From an uncultured bacterium (GTDB lineage Bacteria > Babelota > Babeliae > Babelales > Babelaceae), in the NCBI GenBank assembly GCA_963717435.1, contig OY970332.1:288001-352000 (forward strand): a DNA stretch of 64,000 nucleotides, written 5' to 3'. Shown here piece by piece: positions 1 to 9,400 of this stretch. The notes beneath the pieces were generated by a model that saw only the letters and a list, made by a program, of their open reading frames with translations, was not told the DNA's origin and did no database searches. How positions within the stretch are numbered: the first letter of the stretch is position 1; the number at the start of each line of letters is the position of its first letter. The position numbers and the translations under genes are program-made.

Positions 1-1724
1 TACTAAAAACTCTTGAAAAAGAACATATAGAGCTTGTTATGCAAGAAGAACTTGAGGCAGATTCTAGCGCACTTGAGGAGTTTGAAGAAGATTCTTCTGA
101 TAGCAAAATTCTATTTAAATCTCAGATAGAGAGCTCAATAGATAATATTAGTGCCGACGAAGAAGGCGAAGAAGAGGGCGAATCTGAAGAAGCAGAAAAA
201 GATGTAAGAGAGACTTCTGAGTCAGGTTATATTTCTGATAGCGTTAAATGTTATTTGCGTGATATTGGAAAAATTCCACTACTTAACAAAAAGACTGAAG
301 GCGTAATATCTGATCAGATATTTAACAGTAAGAAAGAGTCTATCGAAGCTCTTTCTAAGTTTCCGTTTATTCATAAAGAGATTATTTCTATTGGCGATAG
401 ACTAGCAAAAGATACATTGCCACTTAAAGATAGTGATTCAGTTTTCTGAATTTGACGAAGAAAATTTACCAAAGTATGAAGCAAGAAAAGAAAGCTTTAC
501 TTGAAAATATCGGTCAGATCAAGGGCTTGGTCGAAAACGAAGTAAAAATATATAAGAGCTATAGAGATAAGCTTTCAAGTGAAGCCAAGAAAAAAGAGAT
601 GCTTGAAAAAGTAAAGCAAAATAAAGAAGAGATCGCTAAAGCTATCCAGACAATCAAGATATCTAATAAATTAATTAAAAAACTTGGCAAGCGCATAGAA
701 AAAGCGTTCAATAAAATTAATGAAAAAGAAGAAATTGTTAAACAATTTGAGCCAGTATTAAATAAATATCTTGCAAAAAAGAACCCAACTGAAGACGATA
801 AAAAAGAGATTGAGAGATTAACTGTTCTTGTAAGAAGTTCTGCAAAAGGGGTTAAGAAACTTGAGCAGGAAATGGGTCTTCCTCGCGATGTGATAGCAAA
901 ATATTTAAACAATTTATCAAAAGCTCAGTATAAAGATAAAAGAGCTAAAGATGATCTTGCACAAGCGAACTTGCGTCTTGTTGTTAATATTGCAAAAAAA
1001 TATGTTAATCGCGGCCTACACTTCTTGGATCTAATTCAAGAAGGTAATATCGGTCTTATGAAAGCTGTTGAAAAGTTTGAATTTGAACGTGGTTACAAGT
1101 TTTCAACTTATGCAACTTGGTGGATCAGACAGGCGATTACCCGTGCAATAGCTGACCAATCAAGAACAATTCGTGTTCCGGTTCATATGGTTGAAACGTT
1201 AAACAAGATTAATAAAATTAAGAGAACATTTATTCAAGAACATGGTCGTGAACCAGTCACATGCTGAGCTTTCAAAAGAGCTTAATATTGATGAGAAAAA
1301 GATCAAAAATATTATAAAATATCAAAAGAGCCGATTTCACTAGAAACACCTGTTGGTGATAGCGAAGATGCATTTATCAAAGATTTTATCGAAAGTGAAA
1401 ATGATTTTTCTCCTGCAGATACGGTTGCAAGTAGTGATTTAAAAGAGCGAGTACGAGAAGTTCTTAAAACATTAACTCCAAGAGAAGAGAAAGTTCTTAA
1501 GATGCGTTTTGGTATAGATGTTGCATCTGAGCATACTCTTGAAGAAGTCGGAAAAGATTTCTCTGTCACTCGTGAACGTATAAGACAAATCGAAGTGAAA
1601 GCTTTACGAAAGCTTACGACACCCGTCAAGAAGCAAGAAATTGCAAACATTCTTTGAAAAAGAACTTAACTTACTTCTTGAAGAAGATTCTGATATAGAT
1701 AATAATATGGATGATGAAGAATAA
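1..1724 (+). CDS. rpoD: RNA polymerase primary sigma factor RpoD, 5'-truncated by window edge and broken by about 5 single-base indels
   Basis: Region 1.2 [11 protein letters not shown]; region 2 [13 protein letters not shown]...[17 protein letters not shown]...[12 protein letters not shown]; region 3/4 continue in shifted frames (ISLETPVG...[14 protein letters not shown]...[20 protein letters not shown]); stop TAA at 1722-1724. Confidence 0.95.
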
Positions 1725-1766
1725 AAAAGTATCGCAGATTACTTTTGTTTAAAACAAGTAAATTTA

Positions 1767-1835
1767 TACACCCGACCCCTCGATACACCCATGCTTCGCC
1801 AAAGCTTCGCAGGGCACTCGGGGTGAGCGGGTGTA
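1767..1835. repeat. Structured palindromic repeat, copy 1 (intergenic)
   Basis: CCG-A-CCCC-TCGATAC-[hairpin]-CACTC-GGGG-TGAG-CGG, closed by TACACCCG/CGGGTGTA stem. Confidence 0.9.
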
Positions 1836-1921
1836 GCGCTTAAGAGATAGTGATTAAAATCTGCGTGAGTTGTAGGTAGTTAAAATTTTGTTTTTATATA
1901 TGTGTTTAAGGGCAAAAAATA

Positions 1922-3220
1922 ATGGAACCGGCCAGTTCGTACTTATATTATAATTTAATAATTTTGGGTGTTTCTTTAATACTTTGTGCAATATTTTCAT
2001 TTCTAGAAACGAGCGTGACCGCGCTTAGATTATTTAAGCTTAAAGAAGTTTCCAAAACCACAGATAAGTATAGAGCGTTATTTGATGCACTCGAGAATAA
2101 TCCCCACCGAATTTTAATTACAATCTTAATCGCCAACAATTTGGCGAACGTAACGGCGGCAACTGCAAGTTCCGGAATTATGGAATTTTTGAGTGCTACG
2201 TTTAATCTCTCAGAAGGTCTAGCTTTCTCTTTGGGCATAGGGCTTACGACTGCAGCAATTTTAGTCTTTGGTGAAGTTATTCCAAAAAATATTGCAAAAG
2301 TTTATGGCGAAAAAATGTTCCCTTCGACGTTATGGTTCATAAATATTATCTTCTGGGCGCTATACCCAATTGTTAACGTACTGGTTAAATTTGCCAACTT
2401 AATTGTAAGATTAATTGGTCAAAAAACTTCTCCTGAGGGAAGCGAATTTGTCACTTCAGAAAAAGAGATACAGTTCTTAATAGATTATATAAATCAAAAA
2501 GGTCTTTTAGATCATCAGAAGACTTTAATGTTGAAAAGTATTTTCGAGCTAAGTAACACGCAAATCAAAGATATTATGGTCCCAGAGACTTCTATAGTCT
2601 CTATTGGTACTGATAAGAGCCTGCAAGATGCGTTAAATCTATTTTCTTTGTATCAGTTTTCAAGAATTCCTGTATTTGATGGCGAGCCTGATAATATTAT
2701 TGGCATGTTGCATCAGAAAGATTTGTTTTTAATTCTTTCCAAAAATCAGGATAAATTACTAAAAGATATAGTAAGACCCATTATATTTGTCCCTGAATCT
2801 GTAAAAGTTTTACAACTTCTTAAAGAGTTTCGAGAGCAACGCATGCACATTGCTATGGTTGTTGATGAACATGGCAGCATGTGCGGGCTTGTTACTCTTG
2901 AAGATGTTCTTGAAGAAATTGTCGGAGAAATCACTGATGAATACGAATCTGTCGCTGAAAAAATTATGCCTCTAAAACCGGGGGCCTGGTTAGTTGATGG
3001 CTCAATCGAACTTGATGATCTTGAACATGTATTAAAAATAGAGTTTGAAACTGAAGATGCTATCACTTTGAGCGGTTTTTTAACCGAACAGATACAAAGA
3101 CTTCCCAAAAAAGGCGAGCATATTTTTTACAAGAACTTCCACTTTCAGATTCAACAGGCTAGCCCTAAACGCGTATTTCAGGTTCTTATTTTTCAAGACA
3201 GCTTGAAAGATCAAGTTTAG
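1922..3220 (+). CDS. HlyC/CorC-family CNNM(DUF21)-CBS-CorC membrane protein
   Basis: FSFLETS, ILIANNLAN, FGEVIPK, FSRIPVF, HIAMVVDEHG...GLVTLEDVLEEIVGEI motifs. Confidence 0.92.
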   Translation: MEPASSYLYYNLIILGVSLILCAIFSFLETSVTALRLFKLKEVSKTTDKYRALFDALENNPHRILITILIANNLANVTAATASSGIMEFLSATFNLSEGLAFSLGIGLTTAAILVFGEVIPKNIAKVYGEKMFPSTLWFINIIFWALYPIVNVLVKFANLIVRLIGQKTSPEGSEFVTSEKEIQFLIDYINQKGLLDHQKTLMLKSIFELSNTQIKDIMVPETSIVSIGTDKSLQDALNLFSLYQFSRIPVFDGEPDNIIGMLHQKDLFLILSKNQDKLLKDIVRPIIFVPESVKVLQLLKEFREQRMHIAMVVDEHGSMCGLVTLEDVLEEIVGEITDEYESVAEKIMPLKPGAWLVDGSIELDDLEHVLKIEFETEDAITLSGFLTEQIQRLPKKGEHIFYKNFHFQIQQASPKRVFQVLIFQDSLKDQV

Positions 3221-3227
3221 TTTCGAA

Positions 3228-3438
3228 AATTAATTTTTTATGGTTCGATACACCCGTCACCCGATCCCGCGCTCGCCCTGAGTGTTTTTCGAACGTAGTG
3301 AGAAAAATGTATCGAAGGGTGCCGGGCACTCCCGCCTACGTTAAAACTACGGCGGACGCAGCACCACGACTTGTGCGTCGTAGCTTGCCAAGCCGGTAGG
3401 CCTGGATAAGCGTAGTCGCAGCGGGTAAAAAATTAATT
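3228..3438. repeat. Composite nested repeat (copies 2 and 3 of the family plus two small hairpin modules) bounded by a 13-bp inverted repeat
   Basis: AATTAATTTTTTA (3228-3240) / TAAAAAATTAATT (3426-3438); outer TGGT-TCGATAC...CACTC..ACCA-CGA..GCGG; inverted inner copy at about 3269-3322. Confidence 0.8.
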
Positions 3439-3492
3439 CTTTTGTTATTGTTAACCAATTTAATTTCCGGATAACATCTGAATCACATATTA

Positions 3493-3522
3493 TTGACTAT
3501 TTAAAACCCGTGTATTTATGCT
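3493..3522 (+). promoter_or_regulatory. Putative sigma70 promoter
   Basis: TTGACT-N18-TATGCT upstream of the 3562 CDS. Confidence 0.4.
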
Positions 3523-3561
3523 ATTTATATAGCTGTATATGTAAAATTTATTTATTTTAGG

Positions 3562-4500
3562 GTGGCTATGAAGTTTTCAAAATATTTTATACTCAGCGCG
3601 TTAATAATTAATTGCGCAGTTTTAAATTTGCCGATAATGGGTATGGACACTTTGCCTCAAGACATGCTCCTGGAGATTGTTACAAAATTGGGAATAAACA
3701 AAGATGCGCCAACCGAAAAAGAGATATTTCAGGGTTTAGATACACTACGGCTTGTAAACAAAGATCTTAATACTTCAGTGCAAAATTATATAAAAACTTT
3801 AAAATACAAGAACTACGACGAGTTCAAAGCCGGAATAATGCAAAGTATTTTGGCTGAAAGAGCTAAAAAAATTAGCCCTTTACCTGGCAAATCTACAACA
3901 AAAGAAGATCTCAGAAAATTTAAAATCGAGCTTTTAGAACAAGCCATAAAATCTGAAAGTTATACTTGGGCAAACTATAGAAGAAAACAGGAAAAAGATT
4001 TTCAGAAAAATTTGGATCATCTAATCTACAAAATAGTGATGATCGAAGAAAAAAAACCAAGTCTACTAAAAAAAGCAGAAGTTGCCCTAAAATTTGGCGC
4101 AAATCCAAATCAGGATGGTCGCGCAATGCCAAACTTAAATATTATCTTGATGAAAATTAACGAATACAAAGATAATGCCCGCTTCGATACAACTAAAAAT
4201 AAATTTGATAGTGTAGATTCTGAAAAACTAAACGTATTAATCGATTTACTTAAATTATTATTAAAATATAAGGCTGATCCGGAATATCAAAATCAAGAAT
4301 TTAAATCAGATGTTCCCATTGAAGTAGCAAAAGGTTATCTAAGCTCCATAAATAAATATTTTGCTAATAAACCCGGTCCCGGTAAAAAGATAAGTGAAGT
4401 TTTTGAATCTATTATAAAATTATTTAAAAATTCAATCGAAGAAAAGAAAAAGAGAGCAGAAAAAGAAATACGGGCCAAAACCATAAGCGAACTTGATTAA
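3562..4500 (+). CDS. Secreted protein with F-box-like N-terminus and degenerate ankyrin-like repeats
   Basis: Signal peptide; LPQDMLLEIVTKL...LDTLRLVNK; ALKFGANPN; LLLKYKADP. Confidence 0.6.
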   Translation: MAMKFSKYFILSALIINCAVLNLPIMGMDTLPQDMLLEIVTKLGINKDAPTEKEIFQGLDTLRLVNKDLNTSVQNYIKTLKYKNYDEFKAGIMQSILAERAKKISPLPGKSTTKEDLRKFKIELLEQAIKSESYTWANYRRKQEKDFQKNLDHLIYKIVMIEEKKPSLLKKAEVALKFGANPNQDGRAMPNLNIILMKINEYKDNARFDTTKNKFDSVDSEKLNVLIDLLKLLLKYKADPEYQNQEFKSDVPIEVAKGYLSSINKYFANKPGPGKKISEVFESIIKLFKNSIEEKKKRAEKEIRAKTISELD

Positions 4501-4615
4501 GCTTGTTTAATATTTAGGGTCCAAATTCAAATCTTGACGCAGGTATATTATAAATTTTAAATTTAACTCCAGAGAAAAAATATTAAGAATATTAATCGCT
4601 TTTTCGGGGTAAATT

Positions 4616-5170
4616 ATGGAAATTTATAGTTTTAGAAAAACAAGCTTTAGATCTATTATAATTTTATTGGGTTTTATTAATTTGGCATGTGAAAACGGGG
4701 AAAGCGCAGAACTAAACCAAAAAGAGATCTCCAGATGTGCTTATTGTGGCCAGTGCCCAAATTTTCAAAATAATCAAAATAATTTATACACAAATAATAG
4801 TAATAATAATCAGAATAATAACCCAAATTCTAACCAAGCGGTTTATATCGCAAAAGACCCCACGGCAGCGATAGTTCTGACAAACTTTGCGCAAGCCGCT
4901 GTACATCTTGGAAATATCGTGGCGGACCCGAAAAACAAACCTGTTGTGAGCCAAAATGTATGTAATATTATTGCCGATGTTGCCAACGCCGCCGCGCAAG
5001 CTTTTAGAAACTTAAAACTAGATGAAACTTTGGAATCTTCTAAATATCCTGAAGATTCCAGCTATTCAGAAGAACTGTCACAAGAAACGGCAGAAAAAAT
5101 TTACAGGTTTCTTCTGAAATCAAATTTAGCTGAGAACTTAAATAGTAGCTCTGAAGAAGTTCTGTTTTAG
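4616..5170 (+). CDS. Hypothetical secreted protein with CxxCxxC motif and Asn-rich tract
   Basis: 184-aa ORF, hydrophobic N-terminus, CAYCGQC, NNNQNNN. Confidence 0.65.
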   Translation: MEIYSFRKTSFRSIIILLGFINLACENGESAELNQKEISRCAYCGQCPNFQNNQNNLYTNNSNNNQNNNPNSNQAVYIAKDPTAAIVLTNFAQAAVHLGNIVADPKNKPVVSQNVCNIIADVANAAAQAFRNLKLDETLESSKYPEDSSYSEELSQETAEKIYRFLLKSNLAENLNSSSEEVLF

Positions 5171-5364
5171 ATTTTAAAATTAATTTTAAAATTTTAGAAC
5201 AAGTTTATAAGACAAAAAACATTGTAATAATAACTTTATCTGGATTTTTATAAATTTTTTGGGTTTTTTGGGGCCAAAAAGCTACTTGCTTTTTTTTAAA
5301 ATTAGCATAACATTTGTCTTGAGCTAAGAAGGGATTGTAGTAATGAAGCTCTAGATTTCTATGT

Positions 5365-6090
5365 TTAAAATCCAAAAAAGACGCCTAATATTCTAGATAA
5401 TAAGCCACTAGTTGAATCTTCCACGCCTTCTTTCTCTTGATCCAAATACTTTTCAGCCTGACCACTTATTGGCAAGCAAGATTTTTTAAGTTGATTAAAC
5501 TCGCGATAATATGCCCCAATAATATTTGGTTCTTCGATTACCAACACATTTTCTTTGTTACTTGCATTAGCCGAACGGGTGCAATTAAAGGACCCTGTTA
5601 GTAAAATTTGCTTATTTTTAACGTTTTTCTCAAAAATAAAAAACTTATTATGCATTATGCAGTGCGTGTTGCTATTATCACTATGCGGCGGCTGGTAAAC
5701 TGTCACAAATATTTTTGCATTTGCAAGCTGGTTAACCCTGCTAAATTTGTCAGCTGCGTAGCCACGATCAACCACAACTTCAACCCTTATTCCACGCTCA
5801 TGGGCATCTATAAGCGCCTTGGCTATATCGGGATCTGTAAAAGAATATATCGCCAGACTTACTCTTTTTTGCTCATGCTCGATAAGATTTATAACCACTT
5901 CTTTAATCGTATCTTGGGGTGAAAATAGTGCCCGACTAATAACCCCGTCTTGATTAGTTAAAATTTTTGAGAGCCTAGCGGTCGAACTTGTTGTCTCATG
6001 TATTAATTCTGAAGCCGCCCAAAATATGCCGATAACAAAGACAAAAGAAAGAAACAAAACAATTTTCTCTATATATTTTTTAATAAACAT
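5365..6090 (-). CDS. Phospholipase D / Nuc-like nuclease (single HKD-type motif), N-terminal membrane anchor
   Basis: FSP, AIYSFT, ALIDAHERG, MHNKFFIFE, TGSFNCT, KENV; ATG overlaps tamB stop. Confidence 0.85.
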   Translation of the reverse strand: MFIKKYIEKIVLFLSFVFVIGIFWAASELIHETTSSTARLSKILTNQDGVISRALFSPQDTIKEVVINLIEHEQKRVSLAIYSFTDPDIAKALIDAHERGIRVEVVVDRGYAADKFSRVNQLANAKIFVTVYQPPHSDNSNTHCIMHNKFFIFEKNVKNKQILLTGSFNCTRSANASNKENVLVIEEPNIIGAYYREFNQLKKSCLPISGQAEKYLDQEKEGVEDSTSGLLSRILGVFFGF

Positions 6091-8903
6091 TAGAATTTCC
6101 ACCTCATCTCAAGTTCTGCACCCAAATCTCCACGCTCATCACGAATTGCACGAATCGAAGAATCATCAGAAAGATCATAATCAACTTCGAGCTTCACGTC
6201 TTCAGACAGACTAAAATTTTTCTGAATTAAGCCCCGAAGGCGATCGTTTACATCAATTTCGATCGAACCGCGCAATCCACCTCTACCCGTTTGATCACTA
6301 AAATCGGGAATTATTCTTACTTTTTCAAATGGCTTAAAAATATTTTTAAAATATCTCTGAGCTTTAGAAACATTATCTTCTTGGCCAAAAATCAACTTTT
6401 GAACGTTCTGCATAACAACATGGGGCATTATCATATAGAGTGACCCTGCTTCAGAACCTGCCCACAAAAGCGAAATTATCTGTTCTTTTGATAATTGTGG
6501 CGTAGAATCAAATTCGATCTGTGGATCACTTAAGTTACCCGTAATATTCATAAAAATGTCGTACTTCTTAATTCTTTGCTGTGCTTTAAGCTCTATCGTC
6601 GCATCAGAAAGCTGATTAGGCAGTAGATCAATTTTACCGTAAGTTATAAATAGTGGCTTGTATGGAAATGCAAAATTTCCACCCACAACTTCGATTGCTC
6701 CTGAAATTATTGGGTTAAATATTGTTCCGGAAAAATTCAAGTTTAACTTGGAAGTTGCATCCAAAAATGAAGTTTTAATCTTTAAAGAAGTTTTTGTTAA
6801 AAGATTAATATTAATATCAGAATCGGTTTTATAAGAAGTTAATGGGCTAACTGTCGCAGTTTTTAGGCTATTTATTAATTCTGAAGATAAAATATTGTCT
6901 CTTAAATAAGATTTATCTAAGATTATTGTCCCTGTTATTTTCGGCTTATCAGGGCTTAAATATTGCAATAAAACAGAGCCTGAAACTATAGCAAAAAAAT
7001 CTCGCTGGAAACTTAACATAAAGTCTTCTATTTTTAGCGGCACGTGCGCAAAATTTATATTGGCAAAATCAGTAAATCTTAATACAGATTGCGACGATGT
7101 GATAACTCCCTTTGCAAAGCCTAAATTTAATTGTGAAATTTTTATATTTTTTTCAAAAAAATTAAAATCGAGATCACAATAAAGCTTTTTAATTAAATTA
7201 TTGGTTCGTGCAAGTTTTATATTCGCATCAGACATGAGCAAATTTGCCTTGAGCCCTCCAGAATAAAACTCACCGTTAATATTTAATGTCCCGGTCCCAG
7301 TAAAGTCTTCTATCTTAAAATGGGTAAGTAAGTTTTTTATCAGATCATAATCGACAGTCAAATTAAAACTCGAACCTAATAATTTATCAGAACCCATATC
7401 AAGAACAGTTTTTTTGTCGGGGCTTTTAATCTTGAAAGATTCTAAAGATATTTTATCTTCTGATTTTAATTTCAGCTCAAAATCTGAACTATTAAAATTT
7501 CCAAAAAGATTTATTAAGCCAGATACGCCTGAAAACCTTGAATTAATGTCGTAGGTTTGCTCTATTCTTGGGTGGGATATTTTTAACTTAAACACGCCAT
7601 CAAAATTATTAATACCACTAAAATTAGAAACTAATTTAAAATCGCCGGGCAAAATTCTCCAGAACGCCCCAAAATCAGCCTGTAAATTATTTTCTAGAGT
7701 ACATGAGCCGATATTGTTCAAGCTATCCCAAAGTAAATTTCCATTTAATTTTGAACCATAAAAATTGTCGACAGATATTTCAGACTTAAGACCCAGTTCA
7801 TCTTTTAAAATAGACATGTGTATATTTTCTAAACTTATTGGGCCAGATTTGATTTTATCTATATTAAGATCGCCTGAGAGTAGTATATCTGAATCGTTAA
7901 AATCTATTTCGCCTTTAAATTTACAGGTACCAGTCTTGTTATCGCTGCTTAGGAGTTCTTTGTCCGAAAGATTAATACCTAGAATCGAAAAGATATAATT
8001 TAAATTAAAATTGCCATCAAGTTCTAACTTTTTTGAATCTGAAGCTTTATATTGCAAATTAATATCAAGTTCTTTGTCAGCTGAATTAAGTTCGAATTTG
8101 CCGGTATTATTTATTAAATTGCCATCAACAAAGCAAGTTTTAAAATTTTTATTAAAACTATTAATATCAAACTTAAGTTTTACGGCAAGATCAAAGTTAT
8201 CAAAGTTATTATTATCTGGATAAGTATTACTATTTATACTGTGCGTAATATCTCCAGATAGCTTATTTAATTTTTCAATATTACCCAAAGTTAATTTGCC
8301 GTTATTTAAATTTAAAGACGTTTTAAAGCTGTTTGAAAGCGTTGCGCAATTGAGCCAGAATTCTGATGTAAAAATTGTTTCTTGTTCTTTATTGTATAAG
8401 TTTAAATCGCCATGATTAACATGAAAAGATCTCAGAACTATGGGCAGGTCCACAGGCGAGATATCAAGCAGTAGCTTAAGATGCGGCACAATTGCCAGAT
8501 TTTTAGACTGATCAATTTGCGAAACTAAGTTTAAATTATCAAGCGAGATATCAAGATCTATTTTTGCGTTCCAAAAAAAACTAAAAAATGAAATTTTACT
8601 TACCGCTTTTTTTGCCTGCCAGCTCCAAGTAAATTGGGAAAGTTCTTGTTCTGAATTAGATAACCCAATATCAGCAGGAATCGCATGCAAATCTTCTAGA
8701 ACAAGCTCGCCTGTAAATAAACTTATTTTTGAAAGCCTTGCCCTAAAGTTACATGCAAAACTATTTGAAAAATATTGTGAGATTTTATCTTCAACATAAG
8801 ACTTAAATGCAGGATCATCTTGCAAATAAAATATAGAAAAAGTAGTTCCAATTAATATGGCAATAAATAAAATTCGAAATTTATACCATTTAAAACTAAT
8901 CAT
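6090..8903 (-). CDS. tamB: TamB-like translocation/assembly module protein
   Basis: ~940 aa, N-terminal TM, beta-rich repeats, C-terminal DUF490-like region (ITGNLSDPQIEFDSTPQLSKEQIISLL...EMRWKF). Confidence 0.75.
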   Translation of the reverse strand: MISFKWYKFRILFIAILIGTTFSIFYLQDDPAFKSYVEDKISQYFSNSFACNFRARLSKISLFTGELVLEDLHAIPADIGLSNSEQELSQFTWSWQAKKAVSKISFFSFFWNAKIDLDISLDNLNLVSQIDQSKNLAIVPHLKLLLDISPVDLPIVLRSFHVNHGDLNLYNKEQETIFTSEFWLNCATLSNSFKTSLNLNNGKLTLGNIEKLNKLSGDITHSINSNTYPDNNNFDNFDLAVKLKFDINSFNKNFKTCFVDGNLINNTGKFELNSADKELDINLQYKASDSKKLELDGNFNLNYIFSILGINLSDKELLSSDNKTGTCKFKGEIDFNDSDILLSGDLNIDKIKSGPISLENIHMSILKDELGLKSEISVDNFYGSKLNGNLLWDSLNNIGSCTLENNLQADFGAFWRILPGDFKLVSNFSGINNFDGVFKLKISHPRIEQTYDINSRFSGVSGLINLFGNFNSSDFELKLKSEDKISLESFKIKSPDKKTVLDMGSDKLLGSSFNLTVDYDLIKNLLTHFKIEDFTGTGTLNINGEFYSGGLKANLLMSDANIKLARTNNLIKKLYCDLDFNFFEKNIKISQLNLGFAKGVITSSQSVLRFTDFANINFAHVPLKIEDFMLSFQRDFFAIVSGSVLLQYLSPDKPKITGTIILDKSYLRDNILSSELINSLKTATVSPLTSYKTDSDININLLTKTSLKIKTSFLDATSKLNLNFSGTIFNPIISGAIEVVGGNFAFPYKPLFITYGKIDLLPNQLSDATIELKAQQRIKKYDIFMNITGNLSDPQIEFDSTPQLSKEQIISLLWAGSEAGSLYMIMPHVVMQNVQKLIFGQEDNVSKAQRYFKNIFKPFEKVRIIPDFSDQTGRGGLRGSIEIDVNDRLRGLIQKNFSLSEDVKLEVDYDLSDDSSIRAIRDERGDLGAELEMRWKF

Positions 8904-9400
8904 GCGATAAGAACCCAAGCGTTGTTTCTATAAATATATCTTCTAATAAATGGAAAATCGGAAACAGGAACTGATATGGCACAGGCCGCAGTGCTGTCTT
9001 TGTCTGTTAAATAGATAACGCCCGACGAAACCCTACCATCGCCATAAAATATAACTTTGTTATCTGTAAAACTGCACGGCTTTGTTATTATATTTTTAGG
9101 ATTTGATGGCGGACCTTTAACGCCTATTGGGACCCCTATTTTTAAATAATTTCCCAAACTAATTACCCTTCCATCAAAAGAATAACTATTTGTTTCTATA
9201 GAAAAAATCAGTTCATGATCCCTGCGTTCAAATATAGCATTTCTTTGCAAGATTATAAATACACTGTAAAGCTTTTCAAGCTCCGCTTCAACCAAAATTT
9301 TTCTAGAAGCTCCCACAAAATTTGAGCTAATAAGAACAATAATAGAAATAAGCCCAAGAACAACAATTAGCTCAACAAGCGTTGTCCCCTTTTTTGCCAT
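8900..9400 (-). CDS. Prepilin-type (GspH/FimT-like) minor pilin
   Basis: [20 protein letters not shown] type III signal; C-terminal VIFYGDG..SSGVIYL. Confidence 0.8.
   Translation of the reverse strand: MAKKGTTLVELIVVLGLISIIVLISSNFVGASRKILVEAELEKLYSVFIILQRNAIFERRDHELIFSIETNSYSFDGRVISLGNYLKIGVPIGVKGPPSNPKNIITKPCSFTDNKVIFYGDGRVSSGVIYLTDKDSTAACAISVPVSDFPFIRRYIYRNNAWVLIA

Noticed and set aside
430-1620. Programmed frameshifting or a split sigma factor in rpoD
   Set aside because: Too many scattered indels and no consistent slippery site; sequencing error is simpler
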